Shown here piece after piece: positions 36,169 to 46,245 of a stretch of DNA of 64,000 nucleotides. The notes beneath the pieces are model-generated. The model was not told the origin of the DNA and ran no database searches. It saw only the letters and a list, made by a program, of their open reading frames with translations. This DNA comes from Planctomycetota bacterium (GTDB lineage Bacteria > Planctomycetota > B15-G4), in NCBI GenBank assembly GCA_038212275.1, contig JBBQUR010000013.1, forward strand, positions 1 through 64,000. The letters run 5' to 3'. The translations under genes and the position numbers were made by a program. The stretch's first letter is position 1. Each line of letters starts with the position of its first letter.

Positions 36169-37329
36169 ATGTCGCTTCGAGTGTTGGTTCTCGGTTCCAC
36201 AGGCTCCGTCGGCACGCAGAGTCTCGACGTGCTGACTCGCCTGCGGAACTCGCATCGCGTCGTGGGCCTGGCCGCGTCGACCTCGGCGGCAGCGCTTTCG
36301 GCGCAGGCGGCCACCTGGCAGCCGGAAGCCGTCTGCCTCAGCGACCCTTCGCGCGTCAGCGAACTCGACCTGCCCGCCGGGTGCCGCAGCTTCTCGGGGC
36401 CGCAAGGACTTGTCGATCTCGTGGACGCGACAGCGCCCGACATCGTGATCTGCGCAATCACCGGCGCGGCCGGCCTGCCCTCGACGCTCGCCGCCGCCGA
36501 TCGTGGCTGCCGACTGGCACTCGCCAACAAGGAGAGCATGGTGATGGCAGGGCCGCTCGTGAAGCGGGCCTGCGCCCGCAGCGGCGCCTCGATCGTTCCC
36601 GTCGACAGCGAACACTCGGCCATTGCGCAGTGCCTCGCCGGTCAGGATCGCGCCGGCGTCCGCCGCCTGATCCTGACGGCCTCGGGTGGTCCGTTCCGCG
36701 GCCGCACCCTCGAGCAGATGCAGAACGTGACCGTGGCGCAGGCCCTGCGCCACCCCTCGTGGGAGATGGGGCCGCGCATCACGATCGACAGCGCGACGCT
36801 CATGAACAAGGCGCTCGAGGTCGTCGAGGCCTGCCAGCTCTTCGACATGCCTCCCGATCAGGTGGACGTGATCGTTCACCCGCAGAGCGTCATTCACTCG
36901 ATGGTCGAGTATGTCGACGGTGCCGTCCTTGCGCAGCTCTCGCCACCGGACATGAGATTGCCTATCCGCTACGCGCTCGGCGGCACCTGCCGGGTCTCGA
37001 GCGGAGCACCTCCCGTGGACCTCCAGGCCCTGACCGGGCTCAGCTTCGAGGCGCCCGATCGCCGGAACTTCCCATGCCTCGTGCTCGGCGAGCGAGTCGC
37101 GCGCAGTGGTGGCCTCTCCGGGACCATCCTGAATGCGGCCAACGAAGTGGCCGTCGCCGCGTTTCTCGACGGACGCCTGCCCTTCACTTCGATTCACGAT
37201 GTCGTGGAGGACGCACTCGACGTCCTTTTTGACCCTTCCGTGAGAGATCCCGACCTCGCCACCATCCTCGAGACCGACGGCCGGGTGCGTCGGCACGCCG
37301 AGGAACGCGTCCCCCAACTGGCTTCCTGA
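36169..37329 (+). CDS. dxr: 1-deoxy-D-xylulose-5-phosphate reductoisomerase
   Basis: LGSTGSVG, LANKES, PVDSEHSA, LTASGGPF, HPSW.MG..ITIDSATLMNK.LE and NAANE motifs. Confidence 0.96.
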   Translation: MSLRVLVLGSTGSVGTQSLDVLTRLRNSHRVVGLAASTSAAALSAQAATWQPEAVCLSDPSRVSELDLPAGCRSFSGPQGLVDLVDATAPDIVICAITGAAGLPSTLAAADRGCRLALANKESMVMAGPLVKRACARSGASIVPVDSEHSAIAQCLAGQDRAGVRRLILTASGGPFRGRTLEQMQNVTVAQALRHPSWEMGPRITIDSATLMNKALEVVEACQLFDMPPDQVDVIVHPQSVIHSMVEYVDGAVLAQLSPPDMRLPIRYALGGTCRVSSGAPPVDLQALTGLSFEAPDRRNFPCLVLGERVARSGGLSGTILNAANEVAVAAFLDGRLPFTSIHDVVEDALDVLFDPSVRDPDLATILETDGRVRRHAEERVPQLAS

Positions 37330-37365
37330 CCCGCGCGCCTCGCGCCCTGATTCGGCACGCCATCC

Positions 37366-39159
37366 ATGCTAGGCAACTTCGGCAACATCCTGCTCGCCGC
37401 ACTCGGCATCAGCTTCCTGATCTTCATTCACGAGGCCGGGCACTTTCTCGCGGCGCGCCTTTTCAAGGTGCGTGTCGAGACCTTCTCGCTCGGCTTCGGA
37501 CCGCGGCTCCTGGGCTTCCGGCGCGGGCAGACCGACTACCGGCTGTCGCTGGTGCCCCTTGGCGGCTACGTGAAAATGGCTGGCGAATACGGCGATCACG
37601 ACGCGGACGCTCCGCTCGCCGCCGATGACCTCATGGCCAAGCCCGCCTGGCAGCGCGCCATCATCTTCTCGGCCGGCGTGATCGTGAATTTCGCCTTCGC
37701 CTTCGTCGCGTTTCCCCTCGCTTTCGCGCTCGGCGTCCCGTTCACCGCACCGGTCGTCGGAAGCATCACGCCCGGTGGACCAGCGTGGGCCGCGGGCGTG
37801 CAGATCGGCGACGAGATCCTCACGATCAACGGCAACCGCATCTACGAGTTCCCCAACATAGCTCTCGAGGTGGCGCTCGGAGATCCTCATCGAAGCGAGC
37901 TCACGCTGCGTCGTGAGGGCATCGAACAACGCGTGCCCGTGCGCCCGTCGCGCAACGACTCGGAGGGCCGGTGGGAACTCGGCATCGGCCCTGCAGGCGA
38001 CAACAAGGTGATTGTCGCGGAAAACTCGCCCGCTTCGCGCGCGGGACTCGTCACGGGTGACCGTGTGGCGTCCATCAACGGCAAGGACGTCACCGCGCTC
38101 TCGGCGGCGCCGACCCTCAACATGGCCATGCTCGGCCAACCCGTGGATCTCGTCTGGGAGCACGAAGGCGAGCGACGCGAGTCGCGCATCGAGCCGCTGC
38201 ATCGCACCGACCCTGATCATGCCCGCCTCGGCGTGATGGCCGTGGGCACCCGCATTGCCGGCCTGCGCGGCCCTGCCCTGGAGCCACAATTCGGATGGCG
38301 AGCCGACGACGTGGTTCTTTCCGTCGGGGGCCGACGGGTCTTTCAGGCGGATGAGCTGCTGGAGGCGCTCGAGGCTGCCCCCGCCGGCAGCGTCGCCACC
38401 ATCGTGAGGCGAAATCGCCAGAGCCTCGAGGTGTCCCTGCCCGCGGAGCAGCGCAGCACCATCGGCAACGGTGACGTGGCGTTCGGAACCGACCTCGGGA
38501 GCAGCGTCGTCCAGGTCCTTCCCGAAGGTGCGCTCGCTGCAGCGGGCCTCCGTGACGGTGACCAGATCGTCTCGATCAACGGCGAGCCCATCGAAGACTA
38601 CGCGGACCTTCAGCGCGAGGTCCGCGGCAGTCCGAAGACGTGCGAGGTCCGTTACCGCGGCGCCGATGACGGAGCCGTGCATACGCTCACCGTGAGCACC
38701 CAGCCGGCCCCGATCCTGGACTACGGCCTTTCCCCCGCAGTGCTCGAAACGCTGCACGCCGAGGGCCTTTCGGGCGCGATGCGCGCGGGCTTCGACACGT
38801 CGCTCAACATCGTGCGGACCACCTGGCTGACGCTCACGAAGCTGTTCACCGGCGATGTGGCGACGAAGAATCTCGGCGGCATCGTCTCGATCTCCGTGGT
38901 CACCTACCGATTCGCGGAGCTGGGACTGCCCAAGCTGCTCTTCTTCCTCGGCCTCCTCTCGATCAATCTCGGTTTCATCAACGTGTTGCCGATTCCGGTG
39001 CTCGATGGCGGCCAGGTGATGTTCCTGATCCTCGAGAAGATCAAGGGCCGACGACTCTCCGAGCGCTTCATGAACGGCATGCAGCTCGCCGGTCTTGCGG
39101 CCATCGTCCTGCTGGTGCTCTACGTGACCTACAACGACATCTCGCGGCTCGTCGGGTGA
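37366..39159 (+). CDS. rseP: RIP metalloprotease RseP (site-2 protease) with several PDZ domains
   Basis: HEAGH, PLGGYVKM and N.LP.P.LDGG motifs, multiple GD.I..ING PDZ units, canonical position after dxr. Confidence 0.92.
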   Translation: MLGNFGNILLAALGISFLIFIHEAGHFLAARLFKVRVETFSLGFGPRLLGFRRGQTDYRLSLVPLGGYVKMAGEYGDHDADAPLAADDLMAKPAWQRAIIFSAGVIVNFAFAFVAFPLAFALGVPFTAPVVGSITPGGPAWAAGVQIGDEILTINGNRIYEFPNIALEVALGDPHRSELTLRREGIEQRVPVRPSRNDSEGRWELGIGPAGDNKVIVAENSPASRAGLVTGDRVASINGKDVTALSAAPTLNMAMLGQPVDLVWEHEGERRESRIEPLHRTDPDHARLGVMAVGTRIAGLRGPALEPQFGWRADDVVLSVGGRRVFQADELLEALEAAPAGSVATIVRRNRQSLEVSLPAEQRSTIGNGDVAFGTDLGSSVVQVLPEGALAAAGLRDGDQIVSINGEPIEDYADLQREVRGSPKTCEVRYRGADDGAVHTLTVSTQPAPILDYGLSPAVLETLHAEGLSGAMRAGFDTSLNIVRTTWLTLTKLFTGDVATKNLGGIVSISVVTYRFAELGLPKLLFFLGLLSINLGFINVLPIPVLDGGQVMFLILEKIKGRRLSERFMNGMQLAGLAAIVLLVLYVTYNDISRLVG

Positions 39160-40232
39160 GCGACGGTCCAGCGGGCATCGGCACGGCTGAATCGTCCGCA
39201 ATGCGCGGAGGCTGGCGGGCCTGGGCAGAACTCCTCCGCGCACCGCTGCTGTTGTCCCCCATCGCCGACGTGCTCGCCGGTTGGACGGTCGGCATGCTGT
39301 ATGCAGTGCGCCGCACAGCCGGATCGCCCCTCGCATCCGATGCGGACGTCTGGCGCACGGCCCGCGACAGCCTGCCGGCGCTGGCTCTCGCGGCACTGAC
39401 CGGAGTCTTTCTGCTGGCTGCAGGCATGGCGCAGAATGCAGTCGCCGACTCGGTCGATGACGCGCTGCGCAAGCCATCCCGCCCCCTGCCGCGCGGAGCG
39501 ATCGGCATCCGCGCCGCCCGTGCTGCGATGTGGGCACTGACGGCGGCGGCCGTCGCTTGCGCGGTGTTGACCGGCGTCCGCTCCCTCGTGCTGTGCGTGG
39601 CGGTCATCGCATTGACAGCGACCTACCACCTGGCTCTCAAGCGGTTCCGTCTGCCCGGCTGCCTCGCACTCGGGTCACTGCGCGGCTTCGACATGCTTCT
39701 CGGCACGGCAGCCGTGGCGACCGCCTCGGCATCGTGGCTCCCGGCGTTCGACACCCCGCCTCTCGGGCTCGTCAGCCCGGCGCAGCCGCTCGTCATCGCA
39801 GGCCTGTACGCTCTGTTCGTGACGGGGGCGGCACTGCACGCGTCGACGGACGACTCGCCGCCGAATGCCTCCACACGGCGCTGGAGTCGCGCCGGACTCG
39901 CCCTGCACGCGATCGTGCTGCTGGTGCTGCCATGGAAGTTTTCTCCCGTCGACGCCGGCGATGCGACCGCCGTCACGGACCACGCAGCACTCCAGGCGAG
40001 CAGCCTTCTGCTGCCTGTCGTCACGCTCTGGGCGCTTGGCCGTCTCCTTATCGGATTCCGGACACTGCCGCCCGGCCCGCTCACCGGCGTCGCGCTCTCG
40101 GGCCTCTACCTCTTCGGCGCGATCGTGTGCCTTCGCTACGACGCGGCGGGCATCGGCCTCGCTGCCGCCGCGTTGGTCCTGCTGCTCTTCGGCGCCTCGC
40201 GGCGGATGCGCCGCGCATTCCCGCCCAGCTGA
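39156..40232 (+). CDS. UbiA family prenyltransferase (EboC/SCO3242-like)
   Basis: W.EL+R.P......D+LAG N-terminus, GM..N...D...D.....RPLP.G motif and multiple TM helices. Confidence 0.78.
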   Translation: MSDGPAGIGTAESSAMRGGWRAWAELLRAPLLLSPIADVLAGWTVGMLYAVRRTAGSPLASDADVWRTARDSLPALALAALTGVFLLAAGMAQNAVADSVDDALRKPSRPLPRGAIGIRAARAAMWALTAAAVACAVLTGVRSLVLCVAVIALTATYHLALKRFRLPGCLALGSLRGFDMLLGTAAVATASASWLPAFDTPPLGLVSPAQPLVIAGLYALFVTGAALHASTDDSPPNASTRRWSRAGLALHAIVLLVLPWKFSPVDAGDATAVTDHAALQASSLLLPVVTLWALGRLLIGFRTLPPGPLTGVALSGLYLFGAIVCLRYDAAGIGLAAAALVLLLFGASRRMRRAFPPS

Positions 40233-40299
40233 CGTTCGGCGGCAGCGGAGCTCAGTTCCGTTCCCGCAACGCGCCCGGGCCTTGCGCCACGACGGCCCG

Positions 40300-40326
40300 C
40301 TTCAGGTGCACTTCAGGTGCACTTCA
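40300..40326. repeat. 11-bp tandem duplication at the cca stop codon
   Basis: CTTCAGGTGCA x2 + CTTCA. Confidence 0.8.
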
Positions 40327-41623
40327 CGCGTTCGGAAAGCCAGGCCAGCGCGGACTCCCGGTCCGACAGCGTGCCCTCGAGCTGTTGATCCGCGGCTTCC
40401 GCGAGCAGGTCCCCGATGCGCTTGCCGGGAGGAACGCCCTGCGCCATGACATCCGCTCCGTTGATCAATGGCGGAGGAATGAGCGCCTGGCGCGCGAGCC
40501 TGCGTCGCATCGCACGAATGGCGGGCAGTGCCGTGTAGAGCCCATGACACGCGCCGCAGTCAGCCTTGTAGAGCACGAGCAACTCGGGGAAGTGCGATTC
40601 AGCGAGCAGGCGACGCAGACGCGCGGGCCGCATCTGCGGCACATCCTTGAAGATGAGGTGGTCGCGCACGAGTGCCACGACGCGTTCCGTGGAGGCCCGC
40701 GACATGCGCAGCCGCAGGCAGACGGCCTCGGACATCGTTGCCCCCAGTTCGACATGCCCGTCGAAGCGGATGCGGTCCGCAGCGCGCACGAAGGTCGGCG
40801 GCTTGCCGACATCGTGCAGCAGCATGCCGAGCGCGAGCTCGAAGGACGGCTTGCGCGGCAGCCCGTCCAGCGCGAGGAGCGTGTGGATCCACACGTCGCC
40901 CTCGGGATGGAATTCCGCGGGCTGCTCGCAGCCGCGCATCGGGGGAAGCTCCGGAAGGATCACCGGCAGGAGCGCGGCTTCGTCGAGGAGTTCGATTGCG
41001 CGCCGCCGCGTCGCGGGCACGAGCATCCTGGCCAACTCGTCGCGCACGCGCTCGCCCGAGATGAGCCGCAGCCGCTCCGCTTCGGAGCGCATGGCCTCCA
41101 GCGTCCCGGCCTCGATGCGGAAGCCGAAACGCGCGGCGAATCGCACTCCGCGCAGCAGCCGCAACCCATCCTCCCGAAAGCGCTTCGCCGGATCGCCGAT
41201 GGCTCGCACGATGCCGGCGCGCAGGTCCGCCGTTCCGCCGACGAGGTCTCGCACCTCGCCTGTCCACGGGTCTTCAACCAGCCCGTTGATCGTGAAGTCG
41301 CGCCGCTGGACGTCCTCCTCGAGCGTGGAGGCTTCGATCGCTTCGGGATGGCGACCGTCGGTGCCTCCCAGGTCGCGTCGGAACGTGGCGACGTCGAACT
41401 CGTGCCGCGCCGTGAGGACCTTGGCAACACCGAACGCCGCGCCGATCAGCAGCGTGCGCGGGAAGAGTGCCTGTACCTGCACCGGCGTTGCACTGGTGGC
41501 GATGTCCACGTCGCTTCCACGCACGCCAAGCAACCGATCGCGCACGGCGCCGCCCGCGAACACCGCTGCGTAGCCGGCATCCCGCAGCACGCGCGCCACC
41601 CCCCGAGCCTCACGCCGCGACAT
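40313..41623 (-). CDS. cca: CCA tRNA nucleotidyltransferase with HD domain
   Basis: GGAVRD, DVDIAT, DGRHP loop, EEDVQRRDFTING, EDGLRLLR, ERVRDEL and HPEGDV..HT / LLHDVGKP. Confidence 0.9.
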   Translation of the reverse strand: MSRREARGVARVLRDAGYAAVFAGGAVRDRLLGVRGSDVDIATSATPVQVQALFPRTLLIGAAFGVAKVLTARHEFDVATFRRDLGGTDGRHPEAIEASTLEEDVQRRDFTINGLVEDPWTGEVRDLVGGTADLRAGIVRAIGDPAKRFREDGLRLLRGVRFAARFGFRIEAGTLEAMRSEAERLRLISGERVRDELARMLVPATRRRAIELLDEAALLPVILPELPPMRGCEQPAEFHPEGDVWIHTLLALDGLPRKPSFELALGMLLHDVGKPPTFVRAADRIRFDGHVELGATMSEAVCLRLRMSRASTERVVALVRDHLIFKDVPQMRPARLRRLLAESHFPELLVLYKADCGACHGLYTALPAIRAMRRRLARQALIPPPLINGADVMAQGVPPGKRIGDLLAEAADQQLEGTLSDRESALAWLSERVKCT

Positions 41624-41696
41624 GGCATCCCCGGTCCGGCGCCGAACGAGGGAGCCGCATGCCGACACGCCGCCGTCTCTCGCTAGGATGGACCCC

Positions 41697-42236
41697 ATGA
41701 CCCGTCACACCGGTCCGATCCTCGTCCTGCTCGCCTTGCTGGGCATGTTTGCCGTTCGCTGGGATGTCTCGCGCCGCGCCGACGCGATCCTCGTCGGCGA
41801 GGCGCAGGCGCGCGCAACCATCTCGGCCCTCTCCGTGGCCTGCCAGGCAGCGCTCGCTCGCATCGGTCGGCTGCCGGAGCTGCGCGAAGCCGCCTCGTCG
41901 GCGGGCACTCGGGTGAGCGGACTTCCGGACCTCGGCAGCGAGGGCGTCGCCTTCGCCAGCGATGACCTGTACGTCTACGGGCTGGCCTCGCGCCCCCACC
42001 GCGACGAGACCGGCCGCGAGATGGTGGCGGGATTCGTGCTGCGCGCATGGCCGCTCCGCTTCGGCGCCACGGGTGACCTGGAGTACCAGATCGGCGACGA
42101 CGGGCAGCTCTGGGAGGGCCAGAATCGCGCCGGACGCAGCGGGACGACCTACGCCTTCCCGCCGCCGTTTCCCGAGCCAGGTCTCGGCCTTGTGGGCACC
42201 GCGTGGTGGCCGGTCGCCGGAAACGATCACAGGTAG
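41697..42236 (+). CDS. Hypothetical membrane-anchored protein, DUF2950/pilin-like C-terminus
   Basis: N-terminal TM helix; GFVLRAWP..FG.TG...Y.I...G.LWE resembles the DUF2950 C-terminus. Confidence 0.55.
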   Translation: MTRHTGPILVLLALLGMFAVRWDVSRRADAILVGEAQARATISALSVACQAALARIGRLPELREAASSAGTRVSGLPDLGSEGVAFASDDLYVYGLASRPHRDETGREMVAGFVLRAWPLRFGATGDLEYQIGDDGQLWEGQNRAGRSGTTYAFPPPFPEPGLGLVGTAWWPVAGNDHR

Positions 42237-43873
42237 TTCCAGAAGATCAACTGGCCGCGTGCCTTGACGGCCGGATCGTGCCACTCGGCGAGCACGTCGC
42301 GCAGCATGGCCTCGCGTGCCCCGCCGGACAGACGCGCCAGACAGTCGATGGCAAAAAGCCTCTGTCGGTCCGGAAGAGTCTCGTCGAGCGCGATCTCCCG
42401 CAGGCCCGGAAGCGACTCGGGAAGTCCGCTGTCCGCGGCATTGCGCAGGAAGAGCTCGCGCCCCAGTGGCGTTCCCAGATCCTCCTGCAATCTCGACACG
42501 CCGGGCACGCCGAGTCGCGGCAGGAGAACCAGCATCTGTTCGCCCGCGGCGGCATCGCGCCCCATGACATCCAGCGCAAATCGGACGACGGCGTCCGCGC
42601 CCTGCTCGGGAGCCACGTGCGCCAGGAGCCGGCAAAGCAGCAGGCGCTCCTCGTCGCGAAGTGCGGGATCTTCCATCCGCTTCAGTGCGATCTCGGCGAA
42701 GCCCGGCGGACAGCGGTTGGCAACGATGATGCGGTCGACGGTGCTGCCGAGCGGCGAGCCGATGAGAGTCCGCAACTCCTCGCGCGTGATCTCCTCGGCC
42801 CACGGATGCTGCCTCATGTAGAGGGCCCCGATGATGTCGTCGTGCACGGAGTTCGTGCGGTCCGCCGCGAGGTCGAGCAGCAGCTCCATGGCCATGCTCT
42901 TGTCGGGGTGATCGGTGTCCAGCGCGACGATCATCACCTGCGCCATGGCGAGCAATTCGACCCGACTCGCGGTCCCGACAAGTTCGCGCCAGCGTGACTG
43001 GCCGGCCACCTTGTGCGCGATGTCGAGCGCGCGCCAGGCGTTGATCCGCGTGCCGGGATCGCTTCCCGCGAGCATCGCCTCGAACGCGGCGGCTCCCTGC
43101 GGATCACCTTGCTCCAGAAGCGTCGTGAGCGCAACGAGTCGCGCGCTCATGCCTGCCGTCTTCGCGATGGCATGGAGCACCGGCGTCACGGCCTCGGGGT
43201 CCTGGAAATCCCGAAGCGCCGCGAGATAGGCAAGGTCCGGATCGGACGGCTGCGCCGTCACCTCGGCGAGAATCACGGCCTGCGCTTCGGCATCGCCGGA
43301 CCTGGCACGTTCGGCGAGCGCGCCGCGCGCATGGCTGCGAACATCCGGATCGGCGTCGAGCAGCCGCGGCAGGATGCCGTCCAGCCCGGCACGATCGTGC
43401 ACGCGCGCCAGCGCGCGCAGTGCCGCCTTGGCGGGAAGAGGCTGTTGCGACCGTGCGCGGCGAACCAGTTCCGCGACAACCCCGGGCTCGCTCTCGTCCT
43501 CCTCGCCGAGCACGGCCACCAGCTTCTCGGCGAGCACCGGATCAGCATCCGCCACGGACGAGAGACGACGCAGCAGTTCCGGAGCGAGCGTGCCGCGCGC
43601 CGCGCCCAGCGCACGGCGCGTGGCCGTCAGCGAGGCATGACCACCCCATGCCAGCCGATCCAGCTCCCTGAGGATTGCGTCATCTCCATGCTGGCGAGCC
43701 CAGCTGGGCGGCTCGTCGAGTTCCAGCGGCGGCACGTCCAGCGGGTCGAGCACGGCCAGCGAGCTGCCCTCGCGCCTCGGCAGCAGAAACACGAGCCCGA
43801 TCAGCACCGCGGCTGCAAGCAGAGGCAGCAGGGTTCTGGGGAACGAGTTGTGACCTGAGGGCTTGGTTTCCAT
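42227..43873 (-). CDS. Membrane-anchored HEAT-repeat protein
   Basis: N-terminal TM helix and HEAT-like units (L.D.DPDVRSHA..AL). Confidence 0.7.
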   Translation of the reverse strand: METKPSGHNSFPRTLLPLLAAAVLIGLVFLLPRREGSSLAVLDPLDVPPLELDEPPSWARQHGDDAILRELDRLAWGGHASLTATRRALGAARGTLAPELLRRLSSVADADPVLAEKLVAVLGEEDESEPGVVAELVRRARSQQPLPAKAALRALARVHDRAGLDGILPRLLDADPDVRSHARGALAERARSGDAEAQAVILAEVTAQPSDPDLAYLAALRDFQDPEAVTPVLHAIAKTAGMSARLVALTTLLEQGDPQGAAAFEAMLAGSDPGTRINAWRALDIAHKVAGQSRWRELVGTASRVELLAMAQVMIVALDTDHPDKSMAMELLLDLAADRTNSVHDDIIGALYMRQHPWAEEITREELRTLIGSPLGSTVDRIIVANRCPPGFAEIALKRMEDPALRDEERLLLCRLLAHVAPEQGADAVVRFALDVMGRDAAAGEQMLVLLPRLGVPGVSRLQEDLGTPLGRELFLRNAADSGLPESLPGLREIALDETLPDRQRLFAIDCLARLSGGAREAMLRDVLAEWHDPAVKARGQLIFWNYL

Positions 43874-43960
43874 ATCGGGAGGCACCCTAGCGTGCGCGGC
43901 CCATCCGGGTCACGCGTCGGTCGGCGGGAGTTTCCCGCCGGGATCCGGCGTCGCAGACCT

Positions 43961-43990
43961 TTGACAGTGGGCCGCGGCCGTTGCTAGCCT
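43961..43990 (+). promoter_or_regulatory. Sigma70-type promoter
   Basis: TTGACA-N18-TAGCCT with extended -10 TGn, upstream of the lipoprotein operon. Confidence 0.6.
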
Positions 43991-44018
43991 GACTCTCTCA
44001 TCGCCCCGGATGGAACGC

Positions 44019-44261
44019 ATGACTCGCAAGCTTGCCCGATCCCTGTCCGCGCTGGCTCTTGCGGCGTATTTGTCGACCACTCTCACGGGCTGCGTCTCCC
44101 CGTTCAGCGCGCACGCCGAAGATGTCACGGAGGCGTGGGGCCGGAAGGCCCACTCGATGCATCGGCAGTACGACCGCTACATCCTCGGTTTCGACTGGGA
44201 TGACCCGTACCAGGCCTGGCACGATCCCTCCTACGCGACGGGCCCGGATCCGCAGCACTGA
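44019..44261 (+). CDS. Small lipoprotein
   Basis: Lipobox LTGC. The stop overlaps the next start (TGATG). Confidence 0.7.
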   Translation: MTRKLARSLSALALAAYLSTTLTGCVSPFSAHAEDVTEAWGRKAHSMHRQYDRYILGFDWDDPYQAWHDPSYATGPDPQH

Positions 44262-45334
44262 TGCGGACTGTGTCGGCTGCGCTGGCGCTGCTGGCGTTGC
44301 TGGCGCTGATCCCGGGATGTGGCATGTTCTCCCGCGAGGCGGAGTTGCGCCCCGCGTTGAGCGACGATCCTGATGCCGCGACCCTGCGGACGCTGCGTGG
44401 AGCAGATCCCCTCGTTCCGCTGACCTGGCTCGTCTCTGCAAGCAGCGCCCCCGATCCCGAGGCGGCGCTCGCCATCGTCGACCGTGGACTGGAGTATCTT
44501 CCGGGCCAGCCGGACCTCACCTGGATGCGCATCACGCTGCTGAAGCAGCTCGAGCGTCGGCCCGACGAACTGGCCGCCACGACGCTCGCCCTCGGCAAGG
44601 GGCCGGTCGGTGCACTCGTGCCGGAGCTGCTCACGTTCCGGCTGGATGGGCACCTCGCCACGGATGACCTGGTCAGCGCGGAAGCCGATGCCCTAGCTCT
44701 CGGCGCGGTGTCGCAGAGCGACCCGCGGACGGCCTCTTCGGCGTGGGCAGCACTTGCGCTGGCCGATGAACTCTCGAGCAATCCGGACCAGGCCGACGCG
44801 TGCATGGACCTCAGCCTCGCAAGCGGCCCTCGCGGCCTGCTCGCGCTGCGGCAGCAATCGGGCCTCGACCGCACCCGTGTCCGGGCCGCCACCGGGATCG
44901 TGGTGCGCGCCAGTCAGCGCCACCCGCAGGATGCCGACGTCTTCCTCTGGCTTGCGGTGCAGGCCATGCTCGACGACCAGCTCGATGTCGCGCGCTCCAC
45001 CCTCGACAAGCTGCCTGCGCCGCTGCCTCCGCGCCTGATCCCGGACCGGGAGGCGCTGTACGCACGCCTGGACCTGCTTCAGGGTCACGTCGCGGAAGGA
45101 CTTGCCAGACTGCGGGAGCGGCTCGATGCCTACCCCAGCGAAACCGGCGCCATGGCCGTGCTGATGGAGTGCTGGAACCAGTACGGCAAACCATCCGATG
45201 AGGAGATGCAGGCACGCCTGCGGGCTGCCTTGCGCCGCAATCCGGACCCGGCGCTGGCCGGCGCCATGCAGGCCGCGCTGAAGGCGATCGAGCAGCGCGC
45301 GGCGGCACCGGCCGCCCCCGCCGCCGGCAGCTAA
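44261..45334 (+). CDS. TPR-like lipoprotein
   Basis: Lipobox IPGC and helical TPR-like repeats. Confidence 0.7.
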   Translation: MRTVSAALALLALLALIPGCGMFSREAELRPALSDDPDAATLRTLRGADPLVPLTWLVSASSAPDPEAALAIVDRGLEYLPGQPDLTWMRITLLKQLERRPDELAATTLALGKGPVGALVPELLTFRLDGHLATDDLVSAEADALALGAVSQSDPRTASSAWAALALADELSSNPDQADACMDLSLASGPRGLLALRQQSGLDRTRVRAATGIVVRASQRHPQDADVFLWLAVQAMLDDQLDVARSTLDKLPAPLPPRLIPDREALYARLDLLQGHVAEGLARLRERLDAYPSETGAMAVLMECWNQYGKPSDEEMQARLRAALRRNPDPALAGAMQAALKAIEQRAAAPAAPAAGS

Positions 45335-46245
45335 GTCCTGAGCTCCAGCGCGCGCTCCACGTCGGCGACGACGGTCGCCAGGTCGGCATCGGGTGCCACG
45401 TGCACCCATGTGATGCCGGGCAGGCTGGACAGGAACATGCGCTGCTTGCGCTGAAGCTGCCGCGTGCGGGTGATGATGGTCGGCAGGATCCGGTCTTCGC
45501 GCAGTGTGCCGGACCGCCAGGCGAGCACCTCCGCGTATCCGATCGCCCGACTGGCTTCGCGACCGAAGGGTGCCTGCGCGAGCAATTCGTCCACTTCGGC
45601 GACGAGACCTCGCTCCAGCATCGCCGCGGCGCGAGCCGACTGCCGCACCATCGCGTCGTCCGCGCTGCGCGCGAGCGCGGCTACGACGATCCGGCCTTCG
45701 ATCACCGGGTGCGTGTGCTCCCGCTGCCACACGGAGAGCGGCCGGCCCGTGAGCACTGCCACTTCGAGCGCGCGCAGCAACCGCTTCGCGTCACCGGGTG
45801 AAAGGCGGGCCGCGCTGTCGGGATCAAGGGCGGCGAGGCGAGCGCGGATGGCAGCCTCTCCGTCGCGGGCCCAGAGCGCTGCGTGCTCGGCCCTCAGGAC
45901 AGGATCCGCGGGCGGAGCCTCGCACAAGCCGAGCAGCAGCGCGCGCAGATAGAGCGGCGTGCCACCGGCAAAAAGCACCTCGCCACCCACACGCTCGACC
46001 TCCGCGCGCGCGGCCCGGCAGTACGCCCCCACGGAGAACCCCCCGTCGTGGCCGATCAGGTCGAGGAGCGCGAAGGGCGCGCGTGCGAGCAGCGCGGCAT
46101 CCGGCTTGTCGGTGCCGATGTTCATGCCGCGATAGACCTTCATGCTGTCCATGGACAGCAGCGGCAACCCGTGTCGCGCGAAGAGTTCGGCCGCGACGGC
46201 CTTCTTGCCGCAGGCGGTGCCGCCCACCAGCACGCGCTGGATCAC
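45331..46245 (-). CDS. miaA: tRNA (adenosine(37)-N6)-dimethylallyltransferase
   Basis: GGTACGK, DSMKVYRGMNIGTDKP, GGTPLY, RLLRALEV, AIGY.E and TRQ..RKQ motifs. Confidence 0.93.
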   Translation of the reverse strand: MIQRVLVGGTACGKKAVAAELFARHGLPLLSMDSMKVYRGMNIGTDKPDAALLARAPFALLDLIGHDGGFSVGAYCRAARAEVERVGGEVLFAGGTPLYLRALLLGLCEAPPADPVLRAEHAALWARDGEAAIRARLAALDPDSAARLSPGDAKRLLRALEVAVLTGRPLSVWQREHTHPVIEGRIVVAALARSADDAMVRQSARAAAMLERGLVAEVDELLAQAPFGREASRAIGYAEVLAWRSGTLREDRILPTIITRTRQLQRKQRMFLSSLPGITWVHVAPDADLATVVADVERALELRT

